The position numbers and the translations under genes were made by a program. The notes beneath the pieces are model-generated. The model ran no database searches. It had not been told where the DNA came from and saw only the letters and a list, made by a program, of their open reading frames with translations. 64,000 nt of DNA from contig JBEVME010000080.1 in NCBI GenBank assembly GCA_040508785.1, positions 481-64,480 of the forward strand, written 5' to 3'. This document shows, piece by piece, positions 30,234 to 40,848 of this stretch. This stretch comes from Sphingobium sp. GTDB lineage: Bacteria; Pseudomonadota; Alphaproteobacteria; Sphingomonadales; Sphingomonadaceae. The first letter of the stretch is position 1. Each line of letters begins with the position of its first letter.

Positions 30234-30572
30234 ATGGCCAAAGTCCAGATGATGGTGCTGACTTGCGCGACCGGCGACGAGGTGGCCGAGCTTGCCCGCT
30301 GGTATGACGAACAGCATATCCCCGATCTCCTGCGGGTGCCAGGCATCGTCGCAGCGCGGCGCGGGTCGGTGAAGCGCCTGGGTGGTCCGGCCGGGATGCC
30401 GGACTGGAATTATCTGGCCTGTTACGAAATCGAAGCCGACGACGTGGCGGCCGTGCTCGCCGAAGCCGGCCGCAGGATGGGCACCGACGAGATGCCGCGC
30501 AGCCCCGCACTCGACAGCTCCCGCACATTGTCGCTCATTATCACCCCCGAATTCGAAGCGGCCGAGGGCTGA
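30234..30572 (+). CDS. Small dimeric alpha/beta-barrel protein (EthD/DUF4286-like)
   Basis: WYDEQHIPDLLRVPGIVAARR, YLACYEIE; RBS GAGAGGAG. Confidence 0.75.
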   Translation: MAKVQMMVLTCATGDEVAELARWYDEQHIPDLLRVPGIVAARRGSVKRLGGPAGMPDWNYLACYEIEADDVAAVLAEAGRRMGTDEMPRSPALDSSRTLSLIITPEFEAAEG

Positions 30573-30601
30573 TCGACCGGCGACGCGCAGTTATCAGAGG
30601 A

Positions 30602-31723
30602 ATGCCAGACATGACCAATGCCGCCCCGATCACCGCACAGCCGCCCAGCGACGGACCGGGGATCGTCGCGCCGAACACCAGAGATCTTGCCGATCTGGCC
30701 CGCGACCTGGAAGGTTGGCTGGCGGAACGGATGCCGGACGCGCGGGAAATCAGGATCGACAATCTTTCCTATCCGCTCGGCGCCGGCATGTCGCACGAGA
30801 CGATCCTGTTCGACGCGCGCTGGCACGAGACTGGGCACACGAAAGTGCAAGGCATGGTGGTGCGGATAAAGCCGACCGGCCATCTCGTCTTCCTCGACGA
30901 CATGTTCACCGAGCAATATCTGCTGATGCAGGCGCTTCAAAAGGATGGGCGCGTCAATGTCGCCCCGCCCTTCTGGTTCGAAACGTCGTCGGAGCTGCTG
31001 GGCGCCCCCTTCTTCGTGATGGAGCGCCGGCACGGCCGGGTTGCCGTCAGCCTGCCGCCCTATGCGCGCCAGGGATGGGTATTCGATGCGACGCCGCAGC
31101 AACGCCGCCTGCTCTGGAACAATACGGTCCGGCAGCTTGCCGCGATCCAGACCGTGCCGACATCGATAGCACCCTTTCTCGACCCCTCCGAAGGGCCTTC
31201 AGGCTTCGACCATGAATGGAGCCGCTGGCAACGCTATCTCGACTGGTTGCCCGACGACGATGTCGTGCAATGGCTTCGCGGCGCATCGGCTGCGCTTGAA
31301 AAGGCACGGCCGAAGATTATCGAGCCAGGCATCGTCTGGGGCGATGCCCGGCTCGGCAACATGCTGATCGACGACAATTTCGAGGTCGCCGCGGTGATGG
31401 ACTGGGAACAGACGTCGCTCGGCGGTGCGCTGCACGATCTGGGCTGGTGGCTCCACACGGAGCGGATGCAGACCGACGGACGTGGCCTGCCGCAGCTGGA
31501 AGGCATGGGTACGCGCGACGAAACCCTGGCCCTGTGGAGGGAGATATCGGGCAAGAGCACCCGCGATATCGAATGGCACGAAGCGTTCGCCGCGTTCAAG
31601 ATGGGCTGCCTGTCGCGTCGCATGGCCATATTGGGCGCTCGGATCGTCGCCGACCGCGCCCCGATCGACAACCCCAATAACCGCCGCCTGGCGGATATTC
31701 TGGGTCTGTCGATCCCGGCCTGA
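30602..31723 (+). CDS. APH-family phosphotransferase (ACAD10/11 kinase-like)
   Basis: GMSHET, LGAPFFVME, WGDARLGN, AVMDWE, DLGWW. Confidence 0.88.
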   Translation: MPDMTNAAPITAQPPSDGPGIVAPNTRDLADLARDLEGWLAERMPDAREIRIDNLSYPLGAGMSHETILFDARWHETGHTKVQGMVVRIKPTGHLVFLDDMFTEQYLLMQALQKDGRVNVAPPFWFETSSELLGAPFFVMERRHGRVAVSLPPYARQGWVFDATPQQRRLLWNNTVRQLAAIQTVPTSIAPFLDPSEGPSGFDHEWSRWQRYLDWLPDDDVVQWLRGASAALEKARPKIIEPGIVWGDARLGNMLIDDNFEVAAVMDWEQTSLGGALHDLGWWLHTERMQTDGRGLPQLEGMGTRDETLALWREISGKSTRDIEWHEAFAAFKMGCLSRRMAILGARIVADRAPIDNPNNRRLADILGLSIPA

Positions 31724-32788
31724 TCAGGCTCCGACCAGGGCGAAGCTGCCATGGTCGGCGACAGCCAGCCCCAGCCGCTTGACCAGTTCGAGGATGATAT
31801 CCGGCCGCACGCGCCGGGTTACGGCCCACAGATAAAATCCGTACAGAATCGACGCGCGATAATGCTGCGCGGCCCGCTCGGGGCTGGCTACCGGATCGCC
31901 CAGCGCCGCGCGCTCGGCCAGATAGTGAGCGAGCAGCGACTCCTCATTGGCCCGGCGATCCTCCACGGTCAGCGCGGTGACGATGTGATAGGCAACGTCC
32001 TGGGACCAATGACCCTGCTGGACAATCTGCCAGTCGATGATCCCCGCTCCGCCCTTGTGGCGATAGAGATTGCCCGAATGAGCGTCGCCATGGACGATGC
32101 AGCGGGGCTCGTCCCGCAGCATGGCGAGCAGTCCCGAAAGCGAGCGATGGAGGCGCGTGGTGTCCCGCACGGCGGTGGGCAACGGGTCGCCGCGCGGGCC
32201 GTCCATAAGCTCCTGGAGAAGATCGAACGGGATCATCGGCGCATCGGCCATGCGCGCCAGGTCCAATCCGGCGACCGGCGCGTCATGCAGGGGCTTGCCC
32301 GGTCCTGTGGCGACATGCAGCCGGGCGAGCTGCGCCAGGCTGTCGCGCGCCTGATCGGGGGTATAGGGCGTCAGCGCCGTCAGGAATGTCGCCCCGTCGG
32401 CAACCATATCCTTCATGATGAGCAGGCCATGCCCGCTCTCGGGGTCGATCGCCGTATAAAGGCAATCGGGCAGATTCACGCCTGCGGACACCAGTTGCGG
32501 TGCCATCTGCGCATAAAAGCGCGATTCGGTGACCGACGTTCCGCTCGACAGCCACTTCCCGCCGGACTCGTCCAGCATCCCCTTGATACAGATGGCCGTC
32601 GGAGTACCCGGCCGCGCATTGTCCAGCGTGAGCGCGACCCGCACCTTGGTAGCGGTATTCTCCTCGCGCCAGACCTCCTCAGTGGCGACGACCCGCAGGT
32701 TGGGCTGATCGGCGAAGACATGCGTTTCCAGCCAGACAGGTTCGAGTATCTCGGCCAGTTTCATGGGCGCGGGCGAAGCGAATGGCAT
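31724..32788 (-). CDS. APH/ecdysteroid-kinase-like phosphotransferase
   Basis: TESRFY, LARLH, VHGDAHSGN, IDWQ, DVAY; start uncertain. Confidence 0.85.
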   Translation of the reverse strand: MPFASPAPMKLAEILEPVWLETHVFADQPNLRVVATEEVWREENTATKVRVALTLDNARPGTPTAICIKGMLDESGGKWLSSGTSVTESRFYAQMAPQLVSAGVNLPDCLYTAIDPESGHGLLIMKDMVADGATFLTALTPYTPDQARDSLAQLARLHVATGPGKPLHDAPVAGLDLARMADAPMIPFDLLQELMDGPRGDPLPTAVRDTTRLHRSLSGLLAMLRDEPRCIVHGDAHSGNLYRHKGGAGIIDWQIVQQGHWSQDVAYHIVTALTVEDRRANEESLLAHYLAERAALGDPVASPERAAQHYRASILYGFYLWAVTRRVRPDIILELVKRLGLAVADHGSFALVGA

Positions 32789-32833
32789 GGCTGGGGTCTT
32801 TCGGGGCAAGGAAAAAAGGGATGTGAATGGCCG

Positions 32834-33613
32834 TTACTTCGCGGTCAGACCGCCATCGACCGGAACCATGATGCCGGTTACGTTCGACGAGAGATCCGAC
32901 GCCAGAAAAAGCGCGGCGTTGGCGCAATCCTCCGGCGCGATCGGTCGCCCCAGTGGATGCATCGCGGAGTAGCGGGCAACCTCCTCCGCCTTCGATGCCG
33001 CCGTGTCGCGTTCGCTTGCCTGGCCGAAATTGGTCATCATGCCGGCGGGGCACACCGCATTCACGCGAATGCCCTCGCTCGCCAGTTCGATCGCCAGCGC
33101 GCGAGTCAACTGGACGACGCCGCCCTTGCTGGCGCCATACATCACCCCGCCCCAGCCGATCAGGCCCGCGACCGACGCCGTGTTGACGATAACGCCACCA
33201 CCGCCCTGTTCCTGAAAGCGGCGCACCGCCGCCTGGCAACCATATATCATCCCGCGCAGGTTGATCGACATGATGCGATCATAATCGCTGTCATTCTGGT
33301 CGATCAGCCGGTGCGAGCGACCGTCCGATGCGGTCGCCACGCCGGCATTATTGTACATGACGTCGAGCCGCCCGAACCGCTCGACGGCAAGATCGACCGC
33401 GGCGTCGACGGCCTGGCGATCCGTGACGTCGCACAGCAACGCGACCGCCCGGCTGCCATCGGAACTCGCCTGCCGCGCTGTTTCCTGCGCCCATTGCAGA
33501 TTGATATCCGCGCACACGACATGGGCGCCATGGGCGACGAACAATTTCGCCGCCGCGCGGCCCACGCCCGATCCTGCGCCTGTAATGACGATCGACTTGC
33601 CTTCGAGCAGCAT
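32834..33613 (-). CDS. SDR oxidoreductase
   Basis: ITGAGSGVG, NNAG, NTAS, YGASK, IRVNAVCP. Confidence 0.94.
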   Translation of the reverse strand: MLLEGKSIVITGAGSGVGRAAAKLFVAHGAHVVCADINLQWAQETARQASSDGSRAVALLCDVTDRQAVDAAVDLAVERFGRLDVMYNNAGVATASDGRSHRLIDQNDSDYDRIMSINLRGMIYGCQAAVRRFQEQGGGGVIVNTASVAGLIGWGGVMYGASKGGVVQLTRALAIELASEGIRVNAVCPAGMMTNFGQASERDTAASKAEEVARYSAMHPLGRPIAPEDCANAALFLASDLSSNVTGIMVPVDGGLTAK

Positions 33614-33739
33614 TGTTCCTCTCCCTCGTGCCGCTCCAACGCGGCTACCGACCGCGAGAGATAGCAATCGGCAGCTCCCTGCATAATATTAAGCGGCCAC
33701 ATCCTGATATCGTCAATCAATGATCCACGCGAACCGGCT

Positions 33740-33756
33740 GATATTCGCGCCATATC
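33740..33756. promoter_or_regulatory. GATA-N9-TATC palindrome (LysR-type box)
   Basis: (T)GATAttcgcgccaTATC(A) lies between the divergent SDR and TonB receptor genes. Confidence 0.6.
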
Positions 33757-33864
33757 ATAACGGCCGAATTCCATATTAGACGGCGAAGTGCATTTGTATC
33801 ATTTCCCTAGGCAGCAGCCGGCGCATCCCAAGCGTCAGAGCGGCATTTAAAGGGGAGAAGCGAT

Positions 33865-36063
33865 ATGGCACGTCACTGGAAATGGGGCATCGGCATTGCG
33901 AGCCTGGCCATGTCGCTCGTCAGCCCGCCCGTGCTGGCGCAGGACTCCGATCTTGCTGCATCGACGCCCGTTCCCACCGGAGACATCATCGTCACCGCCC
34001 GTCGCCGTGCCGAATCGCTGCAGGATGTGCCCGTCGCCGTGACGGCAGTGACCCAGCAGGATCTGGAGCAGCGCTCGACGCGCGGCATCGAGGACGTCGC
34101 GCAAATCGCGCCCAATCTCAACATCGGCCAGGCGACCCGCGGTGCGGGCGTCGCCACAGTCAATATGCGCGGGCAGGAAAATACCGGCCAGGCGATCACC
34201 AACGACCCCGCCGTCGGAATCTATTTCGACGAGGTCTATCTTGGCCGCTCGGCGGGCAACCTGCTCGCTTCCATCCTCGACATGTCATCGGTCGAAGTGC
34301 TTCGCGGGCCGCAGGGCACGCTGTTCGGGCGCAACAATACGGGCGGCGCTATACTGCTGACGCCGAACCGTCCGACGCTGTCGGGGTTCAGCGGGTCCGT
34401 GCTTGGCAGCTACGGGAGCTTCGACGAAGTCAAGCTGCAGGGCACCGCTGATATCGCGCTGGTCGATGACAAGCTGGGCGTCCGCGGTTCCTTCGAACTG
34501 CATCGCCGGGACGGCATCGGCCGGAGCATCACGACGGGGAACGACAATTATGGCGATCGTCATCGCGAAAGCGGGCGCTTGGGCGTACGCTGGCGCCCGG
34601 CAGACACGATCACGCTCGATTTCACCTATGACTTCACCGATATCAAGGAAACAGGGCAGGTACTCGGGCCCCTGACGCCGTTCCCAGGCCTTGGCTTCTA
34701 CGACAACCGGTCGGGGCTGGTAAGCCCGAGCCAGGAGGCGCATATCGACGGATATACGCTGCGTACGGAAATCGAGGCCACGCCCGACTTGGGGTTCAAG
34801 CTGATCATCGGTCGTCGACTGCTGACGACCGATCAGGTCTCCGACGTGGACCAGACCCCTGCGGCATCGGTCGATGTCCGCCAGTTCGCCGACCAGAACC
34901 AGTGGACGTTCGAACTGCAGGCCAGCGGCACGACATTGCGCGACGCCGCTTCCTGGCTGAGCAGCGTCGATTTTACGGGCGGTGTCTTCTATTTCGACGA
35001 GGACGGGTCGGACTCCTCGCTACTTCCCGTCCCGGTGGCCACCCTGTTCGGCACCGGCCGCACGTTGCGCAACTATGCGCGCAATCAGTCCGCCGCGGCC
35101 TATCTCCAGATCGAAAGCAATCATTTCGATCGGCTCTTCTTCACCGCTGGCGCGCGCTACACCAAGGATGAGCGCGAGTTAACCATCCAGACGGGCGTCA
35201 ACGGGGCTTGCGGCCTCGCGGCATTGCCTGTTGGCACGCCAATCGACCTGTGCAAGCAGTCAGCCTCCGCCGATTTCTCATACTGGTCCTATTCGCTGGG
35301 GTCTCGCTTCAAGATCAACGACGATGCCAATGTCTATGTGAAGTTCGATCGCGGTCAGCGCGCGGGGGGCCTCGACGACACGCCACGCGCGATCGTGCCA
35401 TTCCGGCCGGAGGTCGTGACCAGCCTTGAAGCGGGCCTCAAGCTTTCGCTGCTCGACCGCAGGCTGCGCGCCAATCTCGCCATATTCCGGATGAAGGTGG
35501 GCGACCTCCAGCGCTCGGTCCTGCTGATCGAGCCAACGACCGGCTCGCCTTATTCAAGCGTGTTCAACGCTGCGAAGTCGCGTGTTCAAGGCTTTGAGGC
35601 GGAAGTGAACCTGACCCCGGTGGACGGGCTGACCCTGGGCGGCTCGCTGGGCCTGATCGACGCCGACTATACCCGCTTCACCAATCCCGCGACCGGTGCC
35701 GACCAGAGCAGCTTCCGCTTCCCCAACACGCCCAAGAAAACCTATTCGCTATCCGCCAGCTACGACGCGCCGATCACCGACACGATCGGGATGCTCGCCC
35801 GGATCGACTATGCGTATCGGTCGAAACTCTATTTCGACGTGTTCAACGATCCACGCGCCGTGCAGAATGGTTATGGTGTGCTGAACGGACGCATCCAGCT
35901 GAACATCCAGGACGTGGTCGGCAAGCAGGTGTCGCTGGCCGTTTTCGGTCGCAATCTGACCGATCGCCATTATAGCACCTATGCCACTACGGCAGCGGGC
36001 GGCCAGTTCGTCCGTAACGAGACGCCGCGCACCATCGGCGTCGAACTGAAGACGGTATTCTGA
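33865..36063 (+). CDS. TonB-dependent receptor
   Basis: Signal peptide; DIIVTARRRAESLQDVP, VEVLRGPQGTLFGRN; terminal Phe. Confidence 0.95.
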   Translation: MARHWKWGIGIASLAMSLVSPPVLAQDSDLAASTPVPTGDIIVTARRRAESLQDVPVAVTAVTQQDLEQRSTRGIEDVAQIAPNLNIGQATRGAGVATVNMRGQENTGQAITNDPAVGIYFDEVYLGRSAGNLLASILDMSSVEVLRGPQGTLFGRNNTGGAILLTPNRPTLSGFSGSVLGSYGSFDEVKLQGTADIALVDDKLGVRGSFELHRRDGIGRSITTGNDNYGDRHRESGRLGVRWRPADTITLDFTYDFTDIKETGQVLGPLTPFPGLGFYDNRSGLVSPSQEAHIDGYTLRTEIEATPDLGFKLIIGRRLLTTDQVSDVDQTPAASVDVRQFADQNQWTFELQASGTTLRDAASWLSSVDFTGGVFYFDEDGSDSSLLPVPVATLFGTGRTLRNYARNQSAAAYLQIESNHFDRLFFTAGARYTKDERELTIQTGVNGACGLAALPVGTPIDLCKQSASADFSYWSYSLGSRFKINDDANVYVKFDRGQRAGGLDDTPRAIVPFRPEVVTSLEAGLKLSLLDRRLRANLAIFRMKVGDLQRSVLLIEPTTGSPYSSVFNAAKSRVQGFEAEVNLTPVDGLTLGGSLGLIDADYTRFTNPATGADQSSFRFPNTPKKTYSLSASYDAPITDTIGMLARIDYAYRSKLYFDVFNDPRAVQNGYGVLNGRIQLNIQDVVGKQVSLAVFGRNLTDRHYSTYATTAAGGQFVRNETPRTIGVELKTVF

Positions 36064-36075
36064 TGCGATGCCTCG

Positions 36076-37095
36076 ATGCGTGACGACGTCTTCAACCGCC
36101 GGGTGGTCTTGGCCGCGCACCCCAGGGGTGACGTCCGGCCGGACGATCTTGCCGTCGTCCGCGACCCCTTACCAGCACTGACCGAAGGCCGGTTCCGCGT
36201 CAGGAACCGCTGGCTGTCGGTCGATCCCATGATCCGGCTGTTCATCGATGCCAAACCGATGGGGGCGATCCCGGTCATGCCACCGGGCACGACCATTCCC
36301 GGCGCCGCCGTCGGCGAGGTGGTGGAAACGCTACACCCGGACTTCGCAATGGGGACCATCGTCGAAGGGCGCTTCGGCTGGCAGGATTATGCCTTGTCCG
36401 ACGGCACCGGCGTCCGCCGGGTCGACCCGGCCATCGGCCCCATCGAACAGGCCTTGGGCATATATGGCCTGCCGGGCTTTTCCGCCTATGCCGGGCTCGA
36501 CGTGATCGGCGGCGTCGCGGCGGGGCAGACCGTACTGGTGAGCGGTGCGGCCGGAGCGGTCGGATCGGCCGCCGGGGCGCTCGCGGCATCGCGCGGCGCA
36601 CGCGTCATCGGCATCGCGAGCGGCGCCGCGAAGGCGCAATGGCTGATCGACGAGATCGGCTACGCGGCCGTCGTCGATCGCGGCGCACCCGATTTCGCCG
36701 CCGCCCTCGACGCGGCCTTGCCGGACGGGGTGGACCTCTATTTCGATAATGTCGGCGGGCCGCTGATGATGCAGGTCGCCGACCGCATGAACCGCAACGG
36801 CCGTATCCTGGTGTGTGGGCTGATGGCGCAATATGGCGGCGGCGGCGCGGATGATCGCGATCGCCTGCCCGATTTCCTGTCGGCGATCATGGGCAGGACG
36901 CTGACGGTTCGCGCCTTCGTCAATGTCGCGCACGAAGCACTACGGCCAGCTTTCCTAGACGAGATGCGCGCGCTGGTCGCACAGCGCCCCGCACTGGCGC
37001 AGATTCACGTCACTGTCGGGCTGGAAAAGACGCCCGCCGCCTTCGCCAAATTGTTCGAAAGCGGCGTGACGGGCAAGCGCCTGGTCCGCATCTGA
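36076..37095 (+). CDS. NADP-dependent MDR oxidoreductase (PGR/CurA-like)
   Basis: LSVDP, GLPGFSAY, VSGAAGAVGS, YFDNVGG, TGKRLV. Confidence 0.92.
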   Translation: MRDDVFNRRVVLAAHPRGDVRPDDLAVVRDPLPALTEGRFRVRNRWLSVDPMIRLFIDAKPMGAIPVMPPGTTIPGAAVGEVVETLHPDFAMGTIVEGRFGWQDYALSDGTGVRRVDPAIGPIEQALGIYGLPGFSAYAGLDVIGGVAAGQTVLVSGAAGAVGSAAGALAASRGARVIGIASGAAKAQWLIDEIGYAAVVDRGAPDFAAALDAALPDGVDLYFDNVGGPLMMQVADRMNRNGRILVCGLMAQYGGGGADDRDRLPDFLSAIMGRTLTVRAFVNVAHEALRPAFLDEMRALVAQRPALAQIHVTVGLEKTPAAFAKLFESGVTGKRLVRI

Positions 37096-37127
37096 ACGAC
37101 CCCGATAGACCATAAGGACCGATCGAT

Positions 37128-38660
37128 ATGGACCATGTCCCCCGCGAACAGGCCGGCGCCCAGGCGCAGGCGCTCGCCGAAACGGCCGGCATTGTATCGC
37201 CATGGCCGGTGGCAATGTTCATCGACGGGCGCGCGATCGCCGGCGATGGCGCATCGATCGCGGTCGAGCATCCCGGCGATGGCCGTATATTTGTTGAATT
37301 TGCGGGCGCTTCTCCCGCACAGATCGAAGCGGCGATCGCCGCCGCCCGCCGCGCCGCCGACGCCGGCCACTGGGCCGCGCTGCGCCCGGTCGAGCGCGTA
37401 GCGATCGTCCGCCGGTTCGTCGCGCTGCTGCGCGCGCAGGCGGATCGGCTGGAGGCGATAGTGGTCGCCGAAGCGGGCTGCCCGGTCGCATCGGTGGTGA
37501 TGCCGACGCAGGTTCGCGGCCCGCTCGACACGGTGGAGGCCCAGCTCGACCTCTATCTCACACTGCCCGAAGCCGAGAGCAATCCATTGCCGCTCGACGA
37601 ACGTATCAACCCCGCCGGCGTCGTGTTTCAGAGCGTGCGGCGCTATGTGCCCCATGGCGTCGTGACCGCGATATCGGCCTATAATTTTCCTTTCTTCCTG
37701 GACATCTGGAAGGTCGTGCCCGCGCTCGCCACGGGCAATTGCGTGATCCTGCGGCCAAGCCCGCTTACGCCGCTGTCCGCGCTGGCAATGGCCGACGCGG
37801 CGATCGAGGCCGGCATTCCGGCGGGCGTGCTCGGTATCGTGGCGGAAGCAGGCGCGGACGGCGCGCTCATGCTCACCACCGATCCGCGGATCGACATGGT
37901 CAGCTTCACCGGCTCCACCGATGTCGGGCGCAAGGTCATGGCCCAGGGCGCGGCGACGATGAAGCGGCTGCAGCTGGAGCTTGGCGGCAAGTCGGCGCAG
38001 ATATTCCTGCCCGATCGCGTCGCGGCGGCGGCGAGCACGGCGGCCGGCGTTTGCCTGGCCCATGCCGGCCAGGGCTGCGTCCTGGGCACGCGGGTACTGG
38101 TGCCCGAACATGAAAAGGCTTCGGTGCTGGCGGCCATGGCGGGCGCGATCGCCGGCCTGGTCCCCGGCGATCCGCGCGATCCTGCGACGCGGATGGGGCC
38201 GGTCATCAGCGCCGCCCAGGCCGACCGCTGCGCCCGCTATGTCGAGCTTGCGATCGAAGCCGGCGCGACGCTGGTCGCGGGCGGCAAGCGGCTCGACCGC
38301 CCCGGCCATTATTTCGAACCGACGATCCTCGACGTGCCCGATGCGGACAATCCGGCGATGCGCGACGAGATATTCGGGCCGATCGTCGCGGTCATGGGCT
38401 ATCGCGACGTGGATCACGCGGTCGAGATCGCCAATGCCAGCGAGTTCGGCCTGTCGGGCTATGTCTATGGCGCGGACACGCGCGCTGCGCTCGCGGTGGC
38501 CAAGCGCATCCGTTCGGGCACCGTCAATATCAACATGGGCGGAGCGATGAGCGGCTACGGTTCCTCCGGAGGCCACCGGTCGAGTGGCCTCGGCCGCGAG
38601 CGCGGCGTCGAGGGGCTGCGCGTGTATCAGGAGATGCAGGTGCTCAACTTCGCGAACTGA
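37128..38660 (+). CDS. Aldehyde dehydrogenase
   Basis: YNFP, FTGST, LELGGKS, AGQGC, EIFGP. Confidence 0.94.
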   Translation: MDHVPREQAGAQAQALAETAGIVSPWPVAMFIDGRAIAGDGASIAVEHPGDGRIFVEFAGASPAQIEAAIAAARRAADAGHWAALRPVERVAIVRRFVALLRAQADRLEAIVVAEAGCPVASVVMPTQVRGPLDTVEAQLDLYLTLPEAESNPLPLDERINPAGVVFQSVRRYVPHGVVTAISAYNFPFFLDIWKVVPALATGNCVILRPSPLTPLSALAMADAAIEAGIPAGVLGIVAEAGADGALMLTTDPRIDMVSFTGSTDVGRKVMAQGAATMKRLQLELGGKSAQIFLPDRVAAAASTAAGVCLAHAGQGCVLGTRVLVPEHEKASVLAAMAGAIAGLVPGDPRDPATRMGPVISAAQADRCARYVELAIEAGATLVAGGKRLDRPGHYFEPTILDVPDADNPAMRDEIFGPIVAVMGYRDVDHAVEIANASEFGLSGYVYGADTRAALAVAKRIRSGTVNINMGGAMSGYGSSGGHRSSGLGRERGVEGLRVYQEMQVLNFAN

Positions 38661-38676
38661 CCTGGCAGGAGCGATC

Positions 38677-39579
38677 ATGGATCATGAGATCGTAGCCGAG
38701 GGCCTAGCCTTCCCCGAAGGTCCGGTCGTGATGAACGACGGATCGGTGATCGTCGTCGAGGTCTTTGGCGGTTGCCTGACGCGGATCGCCCCCGACGGTA
38801 CGATCGAACGGATCGCCCAGCTTGGCGGGGGGCCGAACGGCGCGGCGACGGGGCCTAACGGCTGCATCTATGTCTGCAACAATGGCGGCATCGCCGCACG
38901 GCGGGAAGGCGATCAGGTCATACCGACCGGCACCGAAACGCCGGGCTATGCCGGCGGCAGCATCCAGCGCTTCGATCCGCGCGACGGCAGTTTTTCCACG
39001 CTGTACACGCACAGCGGCGGCACGCTACTGCATTCGCCCAACGATATCGTGTTCGATCGCACGGGCGGCATGTGGTTCACCGATTTCGGCAAGTTGATCG
39101 CGGGCGCGCGGACGACGGCATCAATCCATTACGCGGCGGCGGACGGCAGCGGCATCCGCTGTCTGGTGCGTGGCCCGCACGCGTTCAACGGCATCGGCCT
39201 GTCACCCGACGAAAGCGGGCTGATCGTCGCCGATACCTGGAGTGCGCGCCTGCTCAGGTTCGAGATCGCCGCTCCGGGTCAGCTCGCCAGCACGGAACCC
39301 GCCATTATCGCCACCGCATCCGGCAAGGGCCGGGGGCTCGACAGCCTGGCGATAGGCGCCGACGGCGCCGTCTATGTGGGGGCGCTGCTGCCCGGCGCGA
39401 TAATGGTCGTTCATGCCGACGGCAGGGTCGAAGACCAGTCCCTCCCCGATCCCTACGTCACCAACATCGCCTTCGGGGGCAGCGACATGCGCACGGCCTA
39501 CCTCACCCTGTCGCAGACCGGCAAGCTGGTGCGTACACGGCATCTGGGCGAGGGATTGCGGCCGAATTTTGCGGCCTGA
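38677..39579 (+). CDS. SMP-30/gluconolactonase-family protein
   Basis: LAFPEGP, GGPNG, SPND, NGIGLSPD, VTNIAFGG. Confidence 0.92.
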   Translation: MDHEIVAEGLAFPEGPVVMNDGSVIVVEVFGGCLTRIAPDGTIERIAQLGGGPNGAATGPNGCIYVCNNGGIAARREGDQVIPTGTETPGYAGGSIQRFDPRDGSFSTLYTHSGGTLLHSPNDIVFDRTGGMWFTDFGKLIAGARTTASIHYAAADGSGIRCLVRGPHAFNGIGLSPDESGLIVADTWSARLLRFEIAAPGQLASTEPAIIATASGKGRGLDSLAIGADGAVYVGALLPGAIMVVHADGRVEDQSLPDPYVTNIAFGGSDMRTAYLTLSQTGKLVRTRHLGEGLRPNFAA

Positions 39580-39613
39580 GGGCCGGTCACTCCGGGCGAC
39601 CGGCCATCTCGGC

Positions 39614-40777
39614 TCAGAAGTGGAACAACTGCCTGGCGCGCTCTCCCAGGATCATCCGGCGATCGTCCTCCGGAACGCCCGCGAACAGCTGGTCGATGAT
39701 CTTGTGCGAGTCAGGGAAGGTCGTTTCCGAATGCGGATAATCCGATGACCACATGATGTTACCCGCGCCTGGCAGATTGCGCATCGTCACGCCGGGCGCG
39801 TCGTGGATGAACGATCCATAGACATTCTGCTCCATGAAGAAGCTGGGCGGCTTTTCCAGCACACTCTTGGTCCAGAAGCGCTGCTTCTCCCACGTTTTGT
39901 CCATATAGTCCGCTGCGAAGGCGAACCAGCCCACGCCGCTTTCGACCGACACGAATTTCAGGTCGGGGAAACGCTGGAACACGCCGCCGAAGATGAGAAT
40001 TGCGATCGGCTCGGCCATCGCAAATTTCGACATGAGCAGATCGGGAAGGAAATGCTTCGGTTCGGTAAAGCGGACCGAGCGGCCGCCGAGATGAATCGTG
40101 ACGGGCAGGCCGAGTTCGATAGCCGCCTTCCAGAAGGGGTCGAACTCCGGGTCCGCATAAGTGCGCGCGCCGCTCGTATCCCCGGTCAGCGCAAGGGTCT
40201 GCGCCGCCCCTGCCCCCGCATTTTCCACGCTTTTCGCGGTCATCGGGAAAGCAGGTATATTGACCGCCTTGAGCCCGCGGGCCGCGAAGTCGCGCATCAT
40301 CGCGATGGATTCATCGACATCCTGCATCGGAACATAGCCCACCCCGCCAAGGCGGCTGGGCGCGTAGCTGCAGAAATCCGCCAGCCAGCGATTATAGGCA
40401 TGGAAGCTCGCCTTGAAGAGTTCGCTATTGGCTGTGCCGAGCGGCCCGCCCCCGAACAGCACCTGCGCTTCTATCCCGTCGGTATCCATGTCGTCCAGCC
40501 GCGCTGCGGGCATCCATCCGCCGCTCCGAGCGTCCGACGCCTTGCCGGTGATCTTGAAGTCCTTGCCCTTGCGGCCTGCCTGCGCACCGATCAGGTTCAG
40601 CTTCTTGCGCCGGCCCTCGAACACGACATAATCGCAATCCTCCCCTTCCTCGCCGGGTTCGATCCGCGGCGCCAGTGCGCGCAGGTCGGCTGGGAGATAA
40701 TCGGCCCAGAAATCGGGCGAAGGGTTCACATGCGCATCGGCGTCGACGATCGGCATGTCGGTCTCGAGGGTCGGCAT
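39614..40777 (-). CDS. Amidohydrolase_2-family metallohydrolase/decarboxylase
   Basis: VDADAHV, YNRWLADFC, IHLG, ESGVGW, WSSDYPH. Confidence 0.9.
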   Translation of the reverse strand: MPTLETDMPIVDADAHVNPSPDFWADYLPADLRALAPRIEPGEEGEDCDYVVFEGRRKKLNLIGAQAGRKGKDFKITGKASDARSGGWMPAARLDDMDTDGIEAQVLFGGGPLGTANSELFKASFHAYNRWLADFCSYAPSRLGGVGYVPMQDVDESIAMMRDFAARGLKAVNIPAFPMTAKSVENAGAGAAQTLALTGDTSGARTYADPEFDPFWKAAIELGLPVTIHLGGRSVRFTEPKHFLPDLLMSKFAMAEPIAILIFGGVFQRFPDLKFVSVESGVGWFAFAADYMDKTWEKQRFWTKSVLEKPPSFFMEQNVYGSFIHDAPGVTMRNLPGAGNIMWSSDYPHSETTFPDSHKIIDQLFAGVPEDDRRMILGERARQLFHF

Positions 40778-40848
40778 TGCTCTTCTCTCCTTTGAGCCGA
40801 ACGTGCCGCGCTTTCGATATCATATCCAATATAGTTATTGTAATTTTC

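Noticed and set aside
31751-33664. 637-aa plus-strand ORF
   Set aside because: Antisense to the kinase and SDR genes; no recognisable domain.
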